The position numbers and the translations under genes were made by a program. Positions 31,696-41,177 of a DNA stretch of 64,000 nt are shown piece by piece (position 1 is the stretch's first letter; each line of letters opens with the position of its first letter). Source of the DNA: Candidatus Poribacteria bacterium (lineage in GTDB: Bacteria; Poribacteria; WGA-4E; WGA-3G); contig CBDANF010000002.1 of the NCBI GenBank assembly GCA_965197475.1, positions 864,001-928,000 on the forward strand, written 5' to 3'. Under the pieces are notes generated by a model. That model was not told the DNA's origin. It saw nothing but the letters and a program-made list of their open reading frames with translations, and did no database searches.

Positions 31696-32849
31696 ATGAA
31701 AAAATTAAAGGCAGTTGTTGTTGGCGCAGGTTGGTCTGCAGAAGGGCATACAAAGGCGTTTCAACATTATGGCGTTGAAGTGCTTACCATCTGTGCACGT
31801 AAGCCGGATATAGTGCAAAAAGTCGCGTCCGGATTAGGTGTGCCTGATGCGTCAATTGATTGGCGAAAGAGTTTGTTGGAACATAAGCCGGATATCGTTG
31901 CGCTGACAACTCCCGCAATTCTGCGGACAGAGGTCATCGAATTAGCAGTAGAACTCGGCTGCCACATCATCTGCGAAAAACCGTTGGCACTCACAGTGGA
32001 AGCAGCAGGTCATATCTACAACCTCATCAAAGGGACAGGGTTAAAACACGCCTTTGCTGCGACACATCTATACGATCCGAGTGTCGCTTATGTACGTCAA
32101 CTGCTGACGCAGCAGAAAATCATCGGAGATTTGGCAGCCGTTGATATTGGATACACACGCAGAATTCCAGGTCAGCCTTCGGATATGATTAAGCCGTGGA
32201 ATTGGATGAGTTCACTGGCACACGGTGGCGGTGCGTTGAACAATGGCTTACGCACCGACTCGGCATGCTCGAACGGATGACGGGCATGGAAGTTATGTCT
32301 GCAGTGGGTGAGGCAAAAATCTATCCGAGGAAAGCTCCAGTCGTGCCAGAGATTCGAGACTTTCGGGTGTGGCGCAGCAAGATGATCACCTCCGAAGAAG
32401 CATCATAATTGGAGTGGCGTGAGTGTGACGCAGAATGGGATTATTCGGCGTTTTTTAAGTTAGGGCATCCAAACCCAGATGTCGGCAATTCTATACTTGT
32501 GACAATGCACACAAATCCGGGAGTGCCATCACATAAACCCACTGGCGGCTGGTTTTTCTACGGCACACACGGAACGCTGGTCGGCAGAGGCGGACACATT
32601 CTGTCCCATATCACAAAACATATTGGTGAGGAAGTTGAAGAGTTATCTGTTCCACAAGAATTACAAGATGATTTGCCACAAATCGGGGACGAGATCCAAA
32701 ACAAATGGACTGCACTCGTACGTGATTTCCTCGCGGATATTGAGGATCGCCCACACGAACCGTATTTGACGTTTCTTGACGGATGGCGTTACCAAATCGC
32801 TATTGATGCTATACGGGGAAGTAAAGGATGGGCTCAAATGCCTGATTGA
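31696..32849 (+). pseudogene. Gfo/Idh/MocA oxidoreductase with a frameshift (~32250) and an in-frame TAA (32406)
   Basis: VVGAGW and ICEKPL at the N-terminus; coding continues through ORFs 32196-32408 and 32409-32849. Confidence 0.82.
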
Positions 32850-32890
32850 GTGCAAGGGACAAGCGTTTCATATCATAAGGATAAATATCA

Positions 32891-34066
32891 ATGTATGAAA
32901 AGCATGGGGAGACGATTGAAGCGCGAGAATTTCTTGATGTGTTGCAAAGCGATGCTTCACACATCACCTTGAGCAATTGTACGATTAAAGGTGTTGTTGA
33001 CCTCTTTTCTACCGATCTTGAACGCGACGAAAATGACCGAATCTGCATCAATAAAACACTTTCTTGTATCGGATGCACCTTCAAAAATGTTGTCAATTTC
33101 CGGACAGCAGTTTTCCAACAAGGAAATTCCTCCCAAGAAGAAAATTCCTTCCGGCGTTCTGTCTTTGAGGCAGATTTTGACTTTGACGAAGCCACGATGC
33201 AACATCAGTGCAGTTTTCGCGAGACTACGTTCCAAGGTCGTGCCAACTTCCATAGTGCGACCTTCCAGGAAAGCGTTAGTTTTTGGCGTGCGAAATTTCA
33301 CAATGTCGCCGATTTTCACCAGGCACAATTCTACGATAACGCAGTTTTTCATGAAGCACAATTCCAGAAGGAAGCAAACTTTAGCCGTGTACTTTTCCAA
33401 CAGACACTTGATTGCACAGGCACAAGTTTCGCGGGCGTAGCTATCTATAATCGCGCAACATTTCTCGGCACATCTCTTTTCACCGCTGCCAAATTTGCTG
33501 CTGTCGCCTCATTTCGCGATGTTCAATATACCCCCAACACAATCCGACAATCAATTTCCAACAGGTTTACCAAAAATTCAAAAAATCCGACTGAATTCTA
33601 TTTAGATAGCCAACATGTGGACGAGGTGGCAAATCCGTTTTTCAAAAGGTATGTTGCAGACCAGCAGTTTATCCGTGCCTTCAATAAAGCAAATCCGATG
33701 TTGGCACACCTATGGCGATGGAGTTCTGATTATGGACGCAATCTTGGGCTTTGGGCATTCTGGTCACTATTCATCGCGTTTCTGTTTGCGATTGCATACC
33801 TGCCGTATCCATCGTGGATGCCAGAGTGGATGCAGGATTGGTCACCACAATTTCATCAAGCAACCGGTCAGTACAGTGGTGAACCGCTAACATTCTGGAA
33901 TTCATTCTATTTCAGCGTCGTTACCTTTACGACGCTCGGTTTTGGTGATGTCGTTGCGGATAACGCCACTGCACGTCTACTTGTAACGCTGGAAGTGATT
34001 TTTGGATATCTGATGTTAGGTGGGTTAATCAGTATTTTCGCTAATAAATTGGCAAGTCGGAGTTAG
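32891..34066 (+). CDS. Pentapeptide-repeat protein fused to a two-TM potassium-channel-like pore domain
   Basis: A.F..A.F repeats; SDYG, then YFSVVTFTTLGFGD selectivity-filter-like motif between TM helices. Confidence 0.88.
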   Translation: MYEKHGETIEAREFLDVLQSDASHITLSNCTIKGVVDLFSTDLERDENDRICINKTLSCIGCTFKNVVNFRTAVFQQGNSSQEENSFRRSVFEADFDFDEATMQHQCSFRETTFQGRANFHSATFQESVSFWRAKFHNVADFHQAQFYDNAVFHEAQFQKEANFSRVLFQQTLDCTGTSFAGVAIYNRATFLGTSLFTAAKFAAVASFRDVQYTPNTIRQSISNRFTKNSKNPTEFYLDSQHVDEVANPFFKRYVADQQFIRAFNKANPMLAHLWRWSSDYGRNLGLWAFWSLFIAFLFAIAYLPYPSWMPEWMQDWSPQFHQATGQYSGEPLTFWNSFYFSVVTFTTLGFGDVVADNATARLLVTLEVIFGYLMLGGLISIFANKLASRS

Positions 34067-34372
34067 TTTATTTCTGTTAATGCATTCTGAACTTCTTACG
34101 TCAGACTAATCGTGACATTGATTCCCTCCTGCAAGAGTATGTTGCAAGAATAGAAACTCTGAAGATATCTGAAGCCAAAACTTTAGAATTTGACATCAAG
34201 TCCGCAATTTAGCATACCTACCTAAGTTATCCCTAAAAATCATCGAATTTCCTCCCATATGTTGTTGAAGTCACACTTGAATCAATTCTTATATCTTCAA
34301 TGAATTCCCGAAGATGAAAAGTTAGGTGAATAATCATTATTTCGGGTGAATTTGACTTTCTACAGATTTAAT

Positions 34373-34401
34373 TTGACAAAATAAGCCAATTATAATATTA
34401 T
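34373..34401 (+). promoter_or_regulatory. Candidate sigma70 promoter upstream of the Hsp70 cluster
   Basis: TTGACA-N17-TATTAT in an AT-rich intergenic region. Confidence 0.4.
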
Positions 34402-34445
34402 GTTAAGACATAATAAATTAATTAGTATAAATAATAATATAGTGT

Positions 34446-34524
34446 CCTGATATTTATTAAAATTCTTCAAATATCAATGTTTATCAGTGTTTTCTTGGTA
34501 GTTGTTCATGAAAATGTTCGCTGA
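34446..34524. mobile_element. Isolated end fragment of the 13580-14934 IS family
   Basis: CTGATATTTATTAAAATTCTTCAAATATCAATGTTTATCAGTGTTTTCTTGGTAGTTGTTCATGAAAATGTTCGCTGA aligns with 13580-13658, including the TIR. Confidence 0.85.
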
Positions 34525-34778
34525 TAGAACTTATTTTTGACGAAGCCGTTTGGTTCAACGAAGAAATACACGTAAAAATTGAAGTTCAAACCTTAGCGGG
34601 TGATAACATGGGCTGGGAGGAAGAATTCTAGTTGTTAAGTTTTAAGGATAACGAGATCGTTATTGCCCGTTCTGATGGGAAACCGTTTGAGCGTGAAACC
34701 ACTTACGTTGTCGTCGGGACTGTCACAGACCTTGCCAACGAGATAGAATTCAAGCGTACTTTTACTACAGGCGATTAA
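34521..34778 (+). pseudogene. Remnant of an Ig-like (Big_5/SbsA-like) domain gene, absent from the ORF track
   Basis: Reads LIELIFDEAV...MGWEEEF*LLSFKDNEIVI...ETTYVVVGTVTDLANEIEFKRTFTTGD*; one internal TAG; 5' end replaced by the IS fragment. Confidence 0.55.
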
Positions 34779-34790
34779 ATGGAGGATCTT

Positions 34791-37685
34791 ATGAAAAATA
34801 GATTTATTAACCTTACGCTAATTGTTCTAATTTTGATTAGTACGGTAGGTTGCTCAGCTGTGAAGGTTGTGCAAACACAGGCCCGTATTGGTGTTGAGAA
34901 AACTGTAGGTGCTGCAGAGGAACGCCGGACGAAATTGAATCGAAGAGATTTCCGACTTGGGTTCAACGCAACGGAAAACCAACTCGGGGTCCGTCTTGAA
35001 TATCGACCGTATTATAGTCTCGAAAAACAAGAAATAGTAACATACCATCCTACTAAAACAACCGCACTCGAAAAGATCATGATGCTTGCGTACGCAGGAG
35101 GCTTTGTATGGATATTATCTGATGTTCTTGTCGAGACAGGTGAAGTTGCGGTAAATGATGAAGGGAAATTATATAATGTCACTGAATTCGACTGGAGTAG
35201 GACAAATTCAACGCAAAGGGCAATTATGGTTGCGGCTCCACTGGACTTAATTTTATGGGGTTTTGCCCATGGAGATAAGACGGTCCGTGAACCGTGGCGG
35301 AAGACAAGTGAAGTTGCAGGAGAATGGCAATTCTTGGAAAAACATCCCTACCGCTTAGAACTCCCTACCTATAACTTTGGTAAGGATTACCTATCAAATA
35401 CTGGCAATGAAAGTATTCGAATCTACGACTTCCTGTCTGGCGTGGATAATCCACTTCGGTTCAGAGATATAAATTCTGTTTCACTTCGTGCTTCAACTAA
35501 GGTTGATGAGGAAACATACCTAAAAGACCTCAATCTTACCTCACAAGCACAACTAAGACCTTTTCATGACTCAGTCCTTGCCGCTTTGAATATTGATATG
35601 ATTTCAACGGGAAAACCGCGCCTCATGCCGAGGCCTGAAGTCCAAACAGAATGGCATAAAGGGGCTGTTCAAGCCGGTGAGCAGGCAACCCTAATCGTGA
35701 CGGTTAAAAATACAGGTAAAGGCGAACTTTATCGACTCACCGCACGCACAGTCAGTTCGAATAAAGCATTTAACAATAAGGAACTGAAATTTGGCAAAAT
35801 TGATCCAGGTGATTCAAAAATAGCCTCTGTCACTTTCAACATAGACAAATTGATGCACACACAAGAAATCCCTATAAGTGTCAAGTTTGCGGAATTCAAC
35901 GGTCATATTCCCGATAATATTGCTGCGAAACTTCAAGTTAGCGAAATACCGCGTCCGAAGTTTGATTATGCCTATCGTGTCATTGATGGCGGTACTGACA
36001 CCTCAGTTGGAAATGGAGATGGCATTTTCCAACGAGGTGAATCAGCAGATATCCGCGTGATGGTGCGAAACGGTGGCAAAGGAAAAGCGGCAGGGGTCAC
36101 GGCAAAATTGAATCTACTGGACCGCACAGGCGTTGACATCTATGGAGATACACTCGTAAATCTTCAGACACTTGAACCCGGGAAATCTAAGACTGCAACC
36201 TTTAACGTCGGTGTTAAACGTTCGACCTCAATTAGAAACTTACGTGTGAATTTGTCTGTCCAAGAAAATTACTTCGGCTCAGAAACGAGTCTCACGGAGA
36301 CGCTCAATCTGCCAATAGATAGGGTCGCCGCGCCAAAGGTTAAAGACCTTGATTTAGTCGCGACGACAACGTCAAATTCTGTGCAGGTATATAATGGCGC
36401 GTCAAGGATCACACCCATCAGTGCAGAAATTCCAGGAAATGCACAGGTCAAGGTTTCCGGGCAACTTGGGGAATGGTATCGTGTAGAACTTAGTGTCAGC
36501 GACCAAAAGACTACAGGATGGGTTCATCGGGAGCAACTGACAACACTGAGGGTTGCAAGACAACCGAATGCCCAAATAGAACCCCCCGAAGTGGTAGAAG
36601 TGTTCCAAAACACGCCGCCAACATTAGCACTCTTTGAACCGGCACAGCAGCAGGTAGAGGTAGAGGAAAGCACACTTGTCCTCGAAGCAATTGCTGTTGC
36701 GAATAAAGGTGTTAAAAACGTGGCGTTAACTGTCAATGGAAGAGCTACAAGCACTATGAAACAGGGAATGAACAATACTCAGCAGACACACCCGACTGTG
36801 GTTAGAATAAAACAGACCCTATCGCTTCGCTATGGTAAGAACATCATTATGTTGAGTGCTATTGATACAGAGAACCGTTCTTCTGAACCTATCGTGCTTT
36901 CTGTGACCCGCGCACGTGAATTGGTCAGACAGGACTACGCTTTGTTGTTTGGTGTGAACAGTTATGAACACTTTGACCCGTGGCATAAACTCAATAATCC
37001 TATTCCTGACGCGGAAGCTATCCGAGATGAACTAAAAAATAAATACGGATTTGCCGTTGAATTGGTTAGTGACCCATCGCGAGATGAGATTCTTACGAAA
37101 ATCAACGAATATGCTCAGAAAAAGTATAATGAGAACGACCAGATCCTGATATTTTTCGCAGGTCACGGCTATTTTGAGGAAACAAATGATGTCGGCATCG
37201 GCTACCTCGTTGCAAGCGATACAAAGCCGCCAGAGGCTGACCGGGGCAAATCAAGCTATATCTCACACGGAGATCTCCGTGAACGGGTTGAAAATATCGG
37301 GTGTGAACACATTTTTCTGATGATTGATGCCTGTTTTAGTGGTACGTTCGACCCGCTTGTGGCGCAGTTCAATCGAGCGCGAGGTGCAAATAGAATACCC
37401 GATAATGTCTCTCGCTCAAAATATATTAAACAAACGTTAACTTACAAAACTCGGTTGTTTCTTACATCAGGTGGCAAAGAGTATGTATCAGATGGTGTTC
37501 CAAACCGTCATTCGCCATTTACACGTCGGGTGCTTGATGCATTGCGTAGTGGTGGTGGGCAACACGGCATCCTGACGTTAGATGATATTCGGCGTTCCGT
37601 TGAAAAAGCCACACCTCAACCGCGTGCAGGCGAATTTGGCACGAATGCGCCGGGGAGCAACTTCTTGTTCATCCGTGACCAATAA
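34791..37685 (+). CDS. Large putative lipoprotein: Ig-like (CARDB-like) domains, SH3-like domain and C-terminal caspase-like peptidase C14 domain
   Basis: Signal ending TVGC; VTVKNTGKG and VRNGGKG Ig motifs; GEWYRV...GWV; YALLFGVNSY, FFAGHG, IDACFSG, HSPFT. Confidence 0.82.
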   Translation: MKNRFINLTLIVLILISTVGCSAVKVVQTQARIGVEKTVGAAEERRTKLNRRDFRLGFNATENQLGVRLEYRPYYSLEKQEIVTYHPTKTTALEKIMMLAYAGGFVWILSDVLVETGEVAVNDEGKLYNVTEFDWSRTNSTQRAIMVAAPLDLILWGFAHGDKTVREPWRKTSEVAGEWQFLEKHPYRLELPTYNFGKDYLSNTGNESIRIYDFLSGVDNPLRFRDINSVSLRASTKVDEETYLKDLNLTSQAQLRPFHDSVLAALNIDMISTGKPRLMPRPEVQTEWHKGAVQAGEQATLIVTVKNTGKGELYRLTARTVSSNKAFNNKELKFGKIDPGDSKIASVTFNIDKLMHTQEIPISVKFAEFNGHIPDNIAAKLQVSEIPRPKFDYAYRVIDGGTDTSVGNGDGIFQRGESADIRVMVRNGGKGKAAGVTAKLNLLDRTGVDIYGDTLVNLQTLEPGKSKTATFNVGVKRSTSIRNLRVNLSVQENYFGSETSLTETLNLPIDRVAAPKVKDLDLVATTTSNSVQVYNGASRITPISAEIPGNAQVKVSGQLGEWYRVELSVSDQKTTGWVHREQLTTLRVARQPNAQIEPPEVVEVFQNTPPTLALFEPAQQQVEVEESTLVLEAIAVANKGVKNVALTVNGRATSTMKQGMNNTQQTHPTVVRIKQTLSLRYGKNIIMLSAIDTENRSSEPIVLSVTRARELVRQDYALLFGVNSYEHFDPWHKLNNPIPDAEAIRDELKNKYGFAVELVSDPSRDEILTKINEYAQKKYNENDQILIFFAGHGYFEETNDVGIGYLVASDTKPPEADRGKSSYISHGDLRERVENIGCEHIFLMIDACFSGTFDPLVAQFNRARGANRIPDNVSRSKYIKQTLTYKTRLFLTSGGKEYVSDGVPNRHSPFTRRVLDALRSGGGQHGILTLDDIRRSVEKATPQPRAGEFGTNAPGSNFLFIRDQ

Positions 37686-37723
37686 AGCACATTTTAAAAT
37701 AAAAAATTAGGAGGTTACAAATA

Positions 37724-38077
37724 ATGGCTAAAGTTTTTCAAGGTCAAAAGGGTTGGCTTGACGATCCTATTTTGATGGTAGAGAAAGGGGAGGTATTTAC
37801 CTATCCAAAGGGTTGGCTTGACGATCCCATTCTGACTATTGAAGGTAGCACTATCTACAACGGAGAGAAGGGTTGGAATGACGACCCGATTGCCACTGTT
37901 GAAGATAACAAGGTTTACGAGGGAGAGAAGGGTTGGAATGACGACCCGATTGCCACGATTGAAGGTGATGAAGTTTATGAGGGTGAGAAAGGTTGGAGTG
38001 ATGACCCCATCGCAACTATTGAAGAAGGTGGACGTATGTCTGCAGCTGCTGCCGCAGTGTATTTACTTCTCATGTAG
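37724..38077 (+). CDS. Five-repeat (20 aa) protein with C-terminal hydrophobic helix, beta-flower-like
   Basis: KGW(L/N/S)DDPI repeated five times at 60-nt period; ends AAAAAVYLLLM; AGGAGG RBS. Confidence 0.7.
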   Translation: MAKVFQGQKGWLDDPILMVEKGEVFTYPKGWLDDPILTIEGSTIYNGEKGWNDDPIATVEDNKVYEGEKGWNDDPIATIEGDEVYEGEKGWSDDPIATIEEGGRMSAAAAAVYLLLM

Positions 38078-38139
38078 GCAACGCAGCATCCCGAATGGTT
38101 GAAAATCATTCGGATTATATATAGAAAGGAGGAATACAA

Positions 38140-40221
38140 TTGTCTAAAATTGTTGGAATTGATTTAGGAACAACGTTTTCCGCTGTCGCACACATCAACG
38201 AAAACGGGGTTCCCGAACTCATCCCTAATGAAGACGGTAAGCGTCTAACCCCAAGCGTCATCTTCTACAATAATAGCGAATTCATTGTAGGAGAATATGC
38301 GAAACAGAATGCTTTAGCAGAACCTGAAAATACTGTTGAGTTCATCAAACGCGAAATGGGTAAGCCGCTCTCGGAATTCTCCCGCGAATTCGGAGGAAAA
38401 GAATACTCATCAGAAGAACTCTCCGCCGAGATACTTAAAACTCTCAAAAAGGATGCGGAAGCTAAACTTAAAGAACAGGTAACTGACGCTGTTATTACAG
38501 TTCCTGCTTACTTTAATGACCCAGAACGTAAAGCGACTATCCGTGCAGGTGAAATCGCCGGACTGAACGTTCAACGCATCATAAATGAACCTACGGCTGC
38601 CGCGCTATCTTACGGCATGCACCACAGCGGCGATACAGCAACAGTCTTAGTCTTTGACCTCGGCGGTGGCACCTTTGATGTGACGATTATGGAAGTTGAG
38701 GGACAGGAGATGAAAATTTTAGGGACCAACGGCGACCATCGACTCGGTGGGAAGGATTGGGACGATAAAATTATTATCCACGCAGCAGAACGTTTTAAAA
38801 GCGAACACGGCGAAAATCCTTTGACTGACCTTTCTACATACCTGGAAATACAGACAAGAGCAGTTGAAGCAAAGATTCAGTTGTCAACTCTCAACAGAGC
38901 CACTATCATTACCAATTATGCCGGAAAATCCCACCGACTTCAACTCACTCGGCAGGAATATGAGGCGATGACGACTGATCTCGTTGAACGATGCAGAAGT
39001 CTTGTAGAAGTAGTTTTACATGAGGTTAAACTTACTGCTGATCAGATTGATACTGTGCTCCTTGTTGGCGGGTCAACACGACTGCCGATGATTCAAAATA
39101 TGTTAACAGAATACTTCGGAAAGCCACCGGATACCTCAGTTAATCCTGATGAGACTGTTGTGTTTGGCGCGGCGATCATGGGTGAGCTTATTCAATCCGA
39201 AGAAACGAAAAAACGTCCATACCTCGGTGCAGGTCCGAAGCAGAACCTTGGTATCATGCGGATTAGCGATGTTTGTTCTCATAGTCTCGGCATGGTTGCA
39301 CTTGACAATATCGGTGAATTGTGTAATAGCATTATTATCCCCAAGAACACCAATATCCCATGCAATGTAAGCAAAGACAACTATTTGACAACGAGTCCTA
39401 ATCAGACTGAATTTGATATAATTGTTTTACAAGGCGGCGAGGAACTTGCCCCGCGTGAGTGCCCAGTGCGCGATGCTTACGAAGTTTTTGATATTCCACC
39501 ACGCCCTGCCGGAGAGACGCGTCTTAAAGTAACTTTTAAATATAATGCAAGCGGTATTATTGAAGTTGAGGCAGAAGATGTGCAATCTAAAAAAGTGCTC
39601 CCAATTCGAAAAAAAGTAGAGGACATTGATTGGGACGAACTGGAATCACCGACACCTGTTGCCATGCCCATGGACATCGCTCTCGCTATTGACTGTTCTG
39701 GCAGTATGAGTGGAGGTGACATTGACGATGCGAAAGCTGCTTCATCTCGGTTCCTTGATAACATTGATCCAAGTTCACAAGTCGGGCTCGTCAGTTTCGG
39801 GGGCTCTGAGATTGAAATTGAGATGCATCTTACACAAGATTTTGACCAACTCCGGCAGGCAATTGAAAACCTCAGAACAAGAGGCACTACACCTATGACT
39901 GAAGCAATTGCCTTGGTGAGAAAACATGTCCTCATTAACAGCCAAAATACCAATGTGCTTATTCTTTTGACCGACGGCTTTCCTGACGAGAAAAACACCA
40001 CTCTTACAGAGGCTGAGTTTGCTAAACAACAGGGTATCCAAATTATTGCAATAGGTGTCGGCGATGGCGTTGGAAGCGACTATCTTAAGCAGATTGCTTC
40101 AACACCTGAAGATTACTACTTTGTGGAGGAGAGCGTCCAGCTTGAATCCACATTTACGTCGATCGCGAGTCGCCTTGTCACGGAATCCTTAGGGCGCACT
40201 GCCGGAATCTCAAGACGTTAA
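38140..40221 (+). CDS. Hsp70-family protein fused to a C-terminal vWA domain
   Basis: GIDLGTT, AVITVPAYF, INEPTAAA, FDLGGGTFD, VGGSTR; vWA MIDAS DCSGSM, GTTP, LLTDG, IAIGVG. Confidence 0.92.
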   Translation: MSKIVGIDLGTTFSAVAHINENGVPELIPNEDGKRLTPSVIFYNNSEFIVGEYAKQNALAEPENTVEFIKREMGKPLSEFSREFGGKEYSSEELSAEILKTLKKDAEAKLKEQVTDAVITVPAYFNDPERKATIRAGEIAGLNVQRIINEPTAAALSYGMHHSGDTATVLVFDLGGGTFDVTIMEVEGQEMKILGTNGDHRLGGKDWDDKIIIHAAERFKSEHGENPLTDLSTYLEIQTRAVEAKIQLSTLNRATIITNYAGKSHRLQLTRQEYEAMTTDLVERCRSLVEVVLHEVKLTADQIDTVLLVGGSTRLPMIQNMLTEYFGKPPDTSVNPDETVVFGAAIMGELIQSEETKKRPYLGAGPKQNLGIMRISDVCSHSLGMVALDNIGELCNSIIIPKNTNIPCNVSKDNYLTTSPNQTEFDIIVLQGGEELAPRECPVRDAYEVFDIPPRPAGETRLKVTFKYNASGIIEVEAEDVQSKKVLPIRKKVEDIDWDELESPTPVAMPMDIALAIDCSGSMSGGDIDDAKAASSRFLDNIDPSSQVGLVSFGGSEIEIEMHLTQDFDQLRQAIENLRTRGTTPMTEAIALVRKHVLINSQNTNVLILLTDGFPDEKNTTLTEAEFAKQQGIQIIAIGVGDGVGSDYLKQIASTPEDYYFVEESVQLESTFTSIASRLVTESLGRTAGISRR

Positions 40222-40262
40222 CGCATATACAAATTAGATGTTCAACAAAGGAGGTAATAATC

Positions 40263-41177
40263 TTGAATAATGAAGATCAAACAATTAATGATACGACTGA
40301 AGTTACCGATACAGACACGACCGAGAGTCTGCCTGTAGAGGAACAGAACGCTGATACAGAAACAGGTCAGGAATCGGAGACAGAGCCGCCAGATGAAAAT
40401 GGAGATGACTCGCAAACCGAACCAGATCACGATGAAACAGCAGAACCACAAACCTCAAGAACTGAACCTGATCTGGAATACATGAACGTACTCAGATCGG
40501 TGGATCAGCACCTGTCAAGTTTGCAGGAGTTGTTTACAGGACAGATCACACGCAACCAAAACCAAAAGCAGATGTTCGATACGGTCTATCGTGAAATGAA
40601 GGAGTATAAGGAAAACACGCTTCTGGATACGTATCAGAAACCTGTTATCCATAATCTTATTCAATTCTATGATAACTATGTAGAGGTAGAATCCCAACTG
40701 GCCGATATCAATGAAACACTTCAAGTATTTGAGCCCTTGTTTGAGAATACCTCAGATAAAAAACTGAAAAAACTTCTATCCAAAGAAGTGGGTGACGATC
40801 TTGACAAGATTTGGAGGAATCTGAGAAAAACACTGTCTGAATTTAGCAATAATATGGAAAATGTCCGTGTTGAATTGGAAGAGGTGTTATATCGTATGGA
40901 TGTAGAACCTTATGAGCAGCAAGCGGAACAACCAAAGAAACTTGATCGGGCATTACACAAAACCCTTAAAACGACACCGACAGATAACCCCGATCAAGAT
41001 CAAGACGTGGCAGAAGTGCACAAAATCGGTTTCTATTGGCGTGAGAAGGTGTTTCGTCCAGAAGAGGTAACAATTTTCCGATACACGCCTCCCGCTGGTG
41101 AAGTTGAAGTAACACCAAGTGAAGAAACAGTGGGTGAAATCCCTACAGAAGAAAAAGGAGATAAAACAGATGGGTAA
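40263..41177 (+). CDS. GrpE-like nucleotide exchange factor
   Basis: Acidic N-terminal tail, coiled coil, then D...H...VAEVHKIGFYWREKVFRPEEV GrpE head motif. Confidence 0.78.
   Translation: MNNEDQTINDTTEVTDTDTTESLPVEEQNADTETGQESETEPPDENGDDSQTEPDHDETAEPQTSRTEPDLEYMNVLRSVDQHLSSLQELFTGQITRNQNQKQMFDTVYREMKEYKENTLLDTYQKPVIHNLIQFYDNYVEVESQLADINETLQVFEPLFENTSDKKLKKLLSKEVGDDLDKIWRNLRKTLSEFSNNMENVRVELEEVLYRMDVEPYEQQAEQPKKLDRALHKTLKTTPTDNPDQDQDVAEVHKIGFYWREKVFRPEEVTIFRYTPPAGEVEVTPSEETVGEIPTEEKGDKTDG

Noticed and set aside
34629-34631. Recoded TAG (pyrrolysine or readthrough)
   Set aside because: The frame lacks a 5' end and is cut by an IS fragment; simple decay explains it.
37745-38025. 60-bp periodic DNA repeat resembling a CRISPR
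   Set aside because: It lies in frame within an ORF with a strong RBS and the variation is codon-like; it is a protein repeat.
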